From Prasinococcaceae sp. CCMP 1430 (taxonomy: Eukaryota; Plantae; Prasinodermophyta): a DNA stretch of 53,800 bases. Position numbers and translations under genes: made by a program. The notes below the pieces were generated by a model that worked only from the letters and a program-made list of their open reading frames with translations, was not told the origin of the DNA and searched no databases. The DNA lies in the NCBI GenBank assembly GCA_013416795.1, contig RQSC01000022.1:50802-104601 (forward strand). Direction: 5' to 3'. Of the stretch, positions 46,454 to 53,800 are shown in pieces. Within the stretch, counting starts at the first letter, position 1. Every line of letters starts with the position of its first letter.

Positions 46454-48706
46454 TCACTCCGTGTTGATGGCGTTGACCACCTCCGGCACCGCAGCGGGCG
46501 TCTCGACGAACGGCACCGACGAGTGGTGCAGGAAGATGCGCGGCTTGCCGTCGTCGTTGCGCTTGTAGCCGAACGTGTACTCGACCTTGGCCTCCTGGCC
46601 CGTCGTGGCGCAGGTGAAGATGTAGAAGCCCATGGCGATGGCCGTCGGGCCGTTCAGGTCGATCTTGTGGTTGTTGAACTCGACCTTCTTCCAGCCCTTG
46701 CCGCCGTTGATGGCGAAGCCGCTGTCCTCGGCGATGCCGTTCTCCACGTTGTCCGCACCCACAAAGTAGCTCATTGCCTTCTCGGCCGTGGGACGGAAGG
46801 GCACGTCCGCCGCCTTTGTAGGTTTGAAGAGCACGTCGGTCTTGCCGTAGCCGTACAGCTGGCCAGCGGCCTCGCCCGCCGCACCCACGAAGTCGCCCCC
46901 CTCGAGGTACGTCTTGCTGATGGACGCGATGGCGTTGGCCCAGCTCTGCTGGCACTCGAGCACCTCGGCCTCGGTGATCGGCGCGGGCGCTTCCACGTAC
47001 GGCACTGAGGAGTGGTGCAAGTAGATGCGCACCTTGCCGTCGTCGTTGCGCTTGTACCCGAAGGTGTACTCCACCTTTGACTGGGCGCCCGTTGTGGCGC
47101 AGGTGAACATGTACGCGCCCATGGCCTGCGCCGAGGGGCCGTTGAAGCTGGTCTGGTGGTTGAAGAAGACCACGTCGCTCCAGCCCTTGCCGCCGTTGAT
47201 GGCGAAGCCACCATCCTCGGGGATGCCGCCCTCCTCGACGTTCTTGGCGCCGACGAAGTACGACATCGCGTCGGCCGCCTTGGGGCGGAAGGCGACCGCG
47301 GCCGCCTTGGTGGGTTTGAAGAGCACGTCGGTCTTGCCGTAGCCGTAGAGCTCGCCCGCCGCCTTGGCGGCCTCGCCGACGAAATCGCCGCCCTCAAGGT
47401 ACGTCTTGCTGATGGACTTGATGGCGTTCGCCCAGTTCTGCTGGCACTCGAGCACCTCCGCAGCCGTCACGGGCGCCGGCGCCTCGACGTACGGCACCGA
47501 CGAGTGGTGCAGGAAGATGCGCGGCTTGCCGTCGTCGTTGCGCCTGTAGCCGAAGGTGTACTCGACCTTCGCCTTTGCTTCGGTCGTGGCGCAGGTGAAG
47601 ACGTACGAGCCCATGGCGATGGCGACCGGACCGATGACCTCGATCTTGTGGTTGGTGAAGACCACGTCGCTCCAGCCTTTGCCGCCGTTGATGGCGAAGC
47701 CGCCGTCCTCGGCGATGGCGCCCTCCTCGACGTTCTTGGCGCCCACGAAGTACGACATGGCATCAGCGCCTGTGGGGCGGAAGGGCACCTCCGCGGCCTT
47801 GGTGGGCTTGAAGAGCACGTCGGTCTTGCCGTAGCCGTACAGCTCGCCCGCCGCCTTGCCCGCCGCACCCACGAAGTCGCCACCGTCGAGGTACGTCTTG
47901 CTGATGGACTTGATGGCGTTGGCCCAATTGGCCTGGCACTCGAGCACCTCGGCCTCGGTCATGGGCTCAACTGTTGGCTCGGCCGCCTCGACGGGCGGCG
48001 GAGCGCTTGGGACGGGCACCTCGACTGCCGGGGGCACGACCTGCGGCACGACCTGCGGCGGGGCGAGGGCGCCCGAGGTGATGATCTTCTCCAACGCCGA
48101 GAGGCGCCCGTCGAGCGCCACGTCGCGCAGCTCGTTCTCGTGGCTGGTCTTGGCAGCGCTCAGCGCCAGCTTCGCGGCGCGCGCCGCCGCGAACTGCCAC
48201 GCGGCGAGGCCGGTGGCGACGGCGGCCATGCCGGCCGTCACTGCGGAGGCCGGAGGGGTGGCGGGGAGAGCGCCAAGCAAGGTCGGTGCCGGGGTCGCGG
48301 GGCTCGCCGGCGCGGCGACGGACTGTGATGAGAGGGTGCGTGCGCGGGAAAGGCAGGGGGCAGCAGTGGGATGTGTATGAGGGCGCGAAGTCAGACCACG
48401 GCGTTCGCTCAGTGATGGCGGTAACTTGAACGATGACGTGGTTGGAGTGACAGCGGCCGTGCCACAGAGCAGTCATTCTTGTGGGGCACTATCAATGGGC
48501 GACGGCTGGCACGCATTATCGACGCTCACCGAGATCTCGCCAATCGACGCCGGCGTCGCGGAGATGGACGCGGGGGAGATCTCCGCCTTGCCCGCGGCGC
48601 GGGTCGCGCAGCGGCGCGCGGCGCGGCCGCTGCGCGGACGCGATCGCGGACGCGAGGGGGCGGCCGCGGCGCGCGCCGGCCGCGACGCGGTCGCAGCGAC
48701 GGCCAT
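46454..48706 (-). CDS. Plastid-targeted iota-class carbonic anhydrase with three tandem COG4337-type domains; join(48706..48530,48322..46454)
   Basis: Three 492-nt (164-aa) repeats containing LFKPTKAA, SYFVG, EDGGFAIN.GKGW, AMG.Y.F, KVEYTFGY and the LHHSSVP signature. Ala/Arg/Ser-rich transit peptide. GT-AG intron 48529-48323. TGTAA on the minus strand at 46216-46212. Confidence 0.92.
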
Positions 48707-50127
48707 GGCTGTCTGTTGGTGGTGGTGCTGGTGGGCGCAGCGCACGACGCGCAGAGAGTGGCAGCCGCTCGTCACCTGCGCCTCCTGCTGACCCGCGAGC
48801 ACTGTGTTTAGGCGGTAGGCTGCACAGACGGTCACCCGCGCGACTACCCCTCCGCCAGTCGCCCGCTCCCACCCCCTGCACTCCCCGCTCGATGCCCGCG
48901 CAGTTCTGCAGCTTGGAGCGCTGACAGCCCCTCGTTGGCCAGCACAGCGGCACGCAATTTTAACGAACATGATCCTGTTCAGAACGCGAGATCTCACCGT
49001 CACCGCCCTCCGCAGGCAGCCAGTCACGCGCGCGCGCACGACGCGTGCTCCGATGCTCGCCCGGTCGCACAGCAGCACTGCCAATGTAGTCAGGCAGCGA
49101 GGTCCCACGCCGCTTCCGAGCCACACAGATCTCTCTCGCGCGGCGAAGGAAGCCCTCGGCCGCGGCCACCCCTTCGACGTAGGCCCGCAGCGCGAGCGCT
49201 TTTCTGTGTACCATGCTGGTAGCTTGTAGAGTACCAATCCCACAGCGCAATACGCACACGCGCGCACGCATCCGCGCGACCGCAGCCACACGCATTCTTA
49301 TCCGCGCCCGCGCCGAGAAAAAAAAAAAGCGTGGCTCGCAACGCGCGGATTAATATCGGTCGCGGGAAAGTTTTGATCGTCCGGAGTGCGAATTTGTGCC
49401 ATTGCGTGGGAATGCGAGGTCCGGACAGAGGGCCTCGGAGGGCACGCCCAGGTTTTGTCGGAGTTTCCGTTTCCGGCTCGAAAGCGCATGCGTAGCCATA
49501 CGGACCCCATCTCTGCAAATGAAGTAACTACCCGTGTGGACTGTGGAGCTGAGTGCACACAGCGCTGGTGCGTGCGAGTGTACTGCACCGTGGGTGATGA
49601 CGTGGACCAAATCTCGCAGAAAGATACGCTTCGGCGTGCAACCTTACGGTGGCAGCCTCAGGGGTGCGGGCGCAACGCACACGCGGGGATGCCACTCTGC
49701 GCGAGGGCCGCGCGGTGCGCGCAGCCTGTCCAAGCGTGTACTGACAGGCCCATACCTGGCCCTCGGCGAGAAGAAGCGCACAAGGAGCTTTCATTATTCG
49801 TCGCGTGCGCGCGAAGAGTGCAGGCTGCAGTGAGGGGCTTGTCGCCCTGAAACCCGAACGAACATCTAGCTTGGTAGGCAGGGGAGAGTTGGTGGGAAGG
49901 CTGACCCGCACAGCCTGTGAACGCAGGAAGCATCAACTTGCGCAGTTTACCCGGCCCGGTCCGTGTCGTGCGTGTGTGGCCTCGTGCGGAGCACCATCGT
50001 GTGCCTGCCCTTCTCACAGAACAGTGGCTGCCGCGGGCCACTGACGAGCAGTGCTGCCTTGCGCGTTGCGCCTCAGCCCTCAGCGTGCCGCGGTCTGTGT
50101 GCTCCTGCGCGCAGATACAAGCAAGGC

Positions 50128-51264
50128 ATGGTGTTTCAGTTCCTCGCAGCTGTGTGGAGCTGGCGGACCTATGATAAACTCTGGCGCGAACGAGGAGATG
50201 ACGTTGACACCAGGGAGGAAGCGCGCCTCAAGCGCCTCGAACATGGCGAGCTTGAGCCGCCCTCAGAGGACCCTGTCGAGCTTGCGCCGCCCTCAGAGGA
50301 CCCAGAAGAGGACCGAGACGAATACAAAGGGCCCTCACGAGAATTTCTTCTCGCAAAAGCCATTCGCACCCGCCTCACATGGTCTAACTTTTTACTCTCG
50401 TCGATCTCGGACGCAGACGTCGCGCTTGACGCGGTGTTTCTGCAACAGCTCGTCAAAAGAAGCGACGAATCGAGAATGGGAGCTCCCGGCGGCTGCGTGT
50501 GCCCTACCAGTGATGACAACTGCGACTTGATTCCATGCCCCGGGGACTTTGTCCCGGCGCGGTACTGGAAGGCTGCGGCTGGGATCTTTGCTTTCTCTGC
50601 AATTCTTTGGCTCTACACGGTCGTATTCGAGATGCCGGTCGTCACACCTAGACCTCAGGTGCAGAGCGCGCGGCTTCCCCCAAAGGGGCCGCTACCACGG
50701 CCCCAGGCATTGAACCGCGCCCCGTCTTCGGCTGGATCCGACAAGTCGAGGCGAATGATTTTCCTAAATTCTCGTCTGCTCTGGCAACTGGGGGTGCTTT
50801 TCTACGAAGACGTGCCTCAGATTGTCCTGTCTACTGTCGTAACTTTGGCGTACGACAACAACGGCGACAAGGAGCTTTCATCGCTCGCGCTGGCCAATCT
50901 CGTCACGTCTTTATACAATTTCGTGGGCAAGGGCCCCGCCATTATTTTGTCTCTCAACGACCCCTCCGTCTCACTGATCGACGGTGAGTATATCCTCTTC
51001 TTGGCGGATTTCATCTATCGTGCTGATGAAACGGCGCTAAAGCAATTTGACAGAGCAAGGCGAGCTCGCGCGGAGGCCCCAGCACTCGAGAGGAGTATTG
51101 CCTCTTTTGGGGAGGAGATGCCATCTCAACATTCAGGGCTTGATCCTAGTTCAGGTGATGCCTTAGCCCCCGACCAGCACGACGGCGACGCTGGCAGGAC
51201 CGGTGGGCCCTCCAGTCGCGATGGCATCGACAACGTCGGCGTGGACTCACCACCTGGCGTTTAG
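50128..51264 (+). CDS. Orphan multi-pass membrane protein with an XK/TMEM26-like EDxPQ motif
   Basis: Intronless ORF with SISDADVALDAVFL, a Cys-rich loop, YWKAAAGIFAFSAILWLYTVVF, LGVLFYEDVPQIVLSTVV and LALANLVTSLYNF. Confidence 0.65.
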   Translation: MVFQFLAAVWSWRTYDKLWRERGDDVDTREEARLKRLEHGELEPPSEDPVELAPPSEDPEEDRDEYKGPSREFLLAKAIRTRLTWSNFLLSSISDADVALDAVFLQQLVKRSDESRMGAPGGCVCPTSDDNCDLIPCPGDFVPARYWKAAAGIFAFSAILWLYTVVFEMPVVTPRPQVQSARLPPKGPLPRPQALNRAPSSAGSDKSRRMIFLNSRLLWQLGVLFYEDVPQIVLSTVVTLAYDNNGDKELSSLALANLVTSLYNFVGKGPAIILSLNDPSVSLIDGEYILFLADFIYRADETALKQFDRARRARAEAPALERSIASFGEEMPSQHSGLDPSSGDALAPDQHDGDAGRTGGPSSRDGIDNVGVDSPPGV

Positions 51265-52511
51265 GCACCCGTGCCTGCCAGTGACCACCGGGGTGCACAC
51301 TAGCTAGGTGCCACCGCCACCGACACTGCACCCAGAGGCCAAATAGCTCCATGCGACGCTCGATGGCATACGTCTGCAGTGTTGTTTAGTTGCCAAGCTC
51401 ATCATGCATCGCAGGAGAGATATGTCACTTCATCGCCAAGACCCCGACCGGTTCACGAGGTCCTGACAGCAAGCGCAGCGCCCTATCATCTGAGTCATCG
51501 TAGGATATGACACGCGGTTCCGAAGCTATGATCACCGCATTGCATTGTCGAAGCCAAGAAGAACGCCATTGAGTGAATTGACAGCGCCACTACCTGGTAC
51601 TGTGGGTGTGGCGACGCAGACAGCGTACGTAACAACTGCTACTGTAGTACCATCGGATGGTACCTTTCTAAGTGACGCGCGTGTATTTATGCCGCAGAGC
51701 ATAAGCAGCCAGGGTCTAAGCTAGGGTCAGATGCGCGCGGTGCCAGTACAACCGGCCTCAGAAGTGCGTGTTGTGTACTGCCGACTTTCTTCGCGAGACA
51801 TTATTGCATTCTGGCCGATTCCCAAGCTCGAGCACTGCCAAATCACGGTAAATGATATTCCGTGCGTGCTTTGCGATGGTGCCACGACTACAGTACGTCA
51901 AGGCGACCAGCCGCGCTCTCGTATATCCCGTCAGGGCGCGCATTGAGCGTCCACATGCATTGGTGTGCGCTGCCAATTCACGCGCGCTCAAAACAACCAC
52001 CGAGCAGCCGCCCATTCTTTTGATGTTCTCCAGAGCGGCTTTAGCTGAGCTGAGGCCGAGGCTGAAGCGCCACACCAAAGACAGGAGGCACATGCAAATG
52101 AGCTCTGAATGCACATGCGGCGACGCACTAGTTGAACCGACTCAAAGACTGCAGCGACTCAGGGACGTAAGGGAGGCGCACGCCACGTCAGCGAGGATTT
52201 TTCGCTGGCGTGTGCTGTGCGGGCTGGCTGACACGTGTGAGGCAGCACATTGCGAGGCTACATGCGGCATGAGTGTGCGACAGGAGGGCGTGTGAGGGGC
52301 GGTGCGCGGCGCCGCGCCACACCGCGTTCCCGGAGCGTACCCTCTCGCCTGTGCCGCCCGAGCGCCGCTGCTGCGCTGCCGTGTGGTCCCGTGTGCGGCG
52401 TGCGTCTTCGACAACAACGCGCCCACGGAGCTTGCGTACTGCGACAGCTCGCTCACTTTTGTTGGCAGCAGATCTCAGCACTCCGCGGGCGCGGCCGCAC
52501 CGCCAGCAGCG

Positions 52512-53210
52512 ATGCCGCTCGCCGCGGCCATCCTCGCCTCCTCCGGCCCGCGCATGCGCCCGCACGCGCCGCCCGTCCACCGCGCGCCGCGGGGCCGCCG
52601 CGTGGGGCTCGGCGGGGCCAAGGGGGGGCTCGCAGCTGCGCGCACCAAGAAGACCCAGCCGCGCATGTACACCGACTGGTTTATGCTGCCCGGCGAGGTA
52701 CGCCTTGGTGCAGGACACACTAGTACTCACGCGTGCACGGCCACGCGCGCAAGCACACACACACACACATTGACGTGCTCGAGCACGTGCGTGTACGCGC
52801 GCACTGACCTTCGCCCTCTCTGCTGCTATCTATCACAGTCGGCGACGCCCGGCGTGCTGGCCACGCCCGATGACGTCACGAAGGCCGGCGGCGTGTTCCT
52901 GACGCGCGCGGGCGACCCCGAGCGTGGCGAGCTCATCGACGCGGGCGACGGCACGCTCGCCACGCTGCCGCTCGAGGAGGGCGCGCCCGCCACCGCCGCG
53001 GGCGCCGTGGCGCTGTTCGACGACACCAGCCGCGGCGAGCACCTCTACTTCTCCCCCGTCGCCGCGGGGGGCAGCGGCTCCGTGCGCACCAGCGCGCTGT
53101 GGATCGACGGCCAGGAGCTCACGCAGACCACCGAGGCGCGCGCGGGCATGAGGCTCGAGGTGGCCGGCAAGACCTTCCTGCTCGAGCGCCAGATCTTCGC
53201 CCACGCCTGA
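52512..53210 (+). CDS. Putative plastid protein, possible FHA-like beta-sandwich; join(52512..52697,52839..53210)
   Basis: Transit-peptide-like N-terminus; 141-nt GT-AG intron with CTGAC at ~52804; the C-terminus LWIDGQEL....RAGMRLEVAGKTFLL is FHA-like. Confidence 0.6.
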   Translation: MPLAAAILASSGPRMRPHAPPVHRAPRGRRVGLGGAKGGLAAARTKKTQPRMYTDWFMLPGEVRLGAGHTSTHACTATRASTHTHTLTCSSTCVYARTDLRPLCCYLSQSATPGVLATPDDVTKAGGVFLTRAGDPERGELIDAGDGTLATLPLEEGAPATAAGAVALFDDTSRGEHLYFSPVAAGGSGSVRTSALWIDGQELTQTTEARAGMRLEVAGKTFLLERQIFAHA

Positions 53211-53800
53211 GCAGCAATGCGTGCGTGTGTATTATTGTGCGCGCGTGCGTGCACCCGCGTGTATCTGCGCCTCTGTCTGTACGTTAGCGAGGGCAAGGGA
53301 CGTGGCGAGATGAAACGGTGTCGTCATCGTGGCGCCTCAGTGCCGTGGAGCACAGCGCCGTCTGACTGACACCTGGCGCCACGGACGAGTGGCATCGCGA
53401 TCACCGGTGGCGATGCCACAGCGACTGAGCTCCACGTAGTGCGAGCGTGTCGTTTGTCTGTTCACTGAGGGTGGCGCGCCGTCTGCCTCTGAGCCCGCGC
53501 TCTCTGCGCCGCTGCAGACGCGCGCGCGGAGGTGCACACACACCCGCACGCGCGCGCGCGCACCGCCGATCGCCGAGCTGTAGGAGCTGTGTGTGGCAGA
53601 GTGCGTCACAGTGTGTGGGATGCGTCATTTTGATGATTTATTTCAGAAAAATGCGCTGCGAAAAACGCGCGCTCGCGGCAATGCATTTTGACATTGGTCA
53701 CTTTTTTTTTGCGCGCGTCGAATCGAATCGGCGCGCGCGCGCAAAATGCGCGGGCGGGCGCCACAGCGCGCGCCTCGCGCGCGGCAGCAGGAGCGCGCGC

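Noticed and set aside
49361-49370. E2F-like TTTCCCGC site (also at ~48343)
   Set aside because: A short motif expected by chance in GC-rich DNA, with no cell-cycle gene adjacent.
51758-52295. ORFs in the lower-GC stretch
   Set aside because: No codon bias or recognisable motif. Possibly decayed TE sequence, but this cannot be supported.
1-53800. tRNA, rRNA or snRNA genes
   Set aside because: None recognisable by eye. A tRNAscan-SE/Infernal run would be needed to exclude them.

Overview
Very GC-rich eukaryotic nuclear DNA, most consistent with an early-branching (prasinophyte-type) green alga. The supporting signals are spliceosomal GT/GC-AG introns with CTGAC/CTCAC branch points, TGTAA poly(A) signals, TTTAGGG-like telo-boxes, and plastid-targeted and flagellar genes. 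About 20 genes or gene fragments can be reconstructed: MutS2; a giant NHL/ZU5/IPT-repeat surface protein; CEP19; an intronless cysteine-desulfurase-like + TtcA fusion; an N-acylated orphan; a MORN protein; a NifS/selenocysteine-lyase-like enzyme; a small SET protein; a SAXO-like protein; POP5 (partial); serine decarboxylase; DUS1; MED18 and PDE12/CCR4 fragments; dynein LC4; a conserved Cys/His protein; an XEG113-like GT77; a KMO-like monooxygenase; an Orai/PGG-like 4TM protein; a triple-domain iota carbonic anhydrase; an XK-like membrane protein; and an FHA-like plastid protein. A DIRS-type RT relic is also present. Four observations stand out: (1) the desulfurase-TtcA fusion, a candidate self-contained eukaryotic tRNA thiolation system, with other sulfur and tRNA genes nearby; (2) a ~20-kb domain (17-37 kb) whose introns are polarised microsatellites, with GU repeats before the branch point and AG-free CA repeats after it; (3) several genes broken at deletion-like junctions, either assembly collapse or real rearrangement; (4) a lower-GC island where the iota-CA sits between two orphan membrane proteins. 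All family assignments come from motif recognition by eye; no database search was run.
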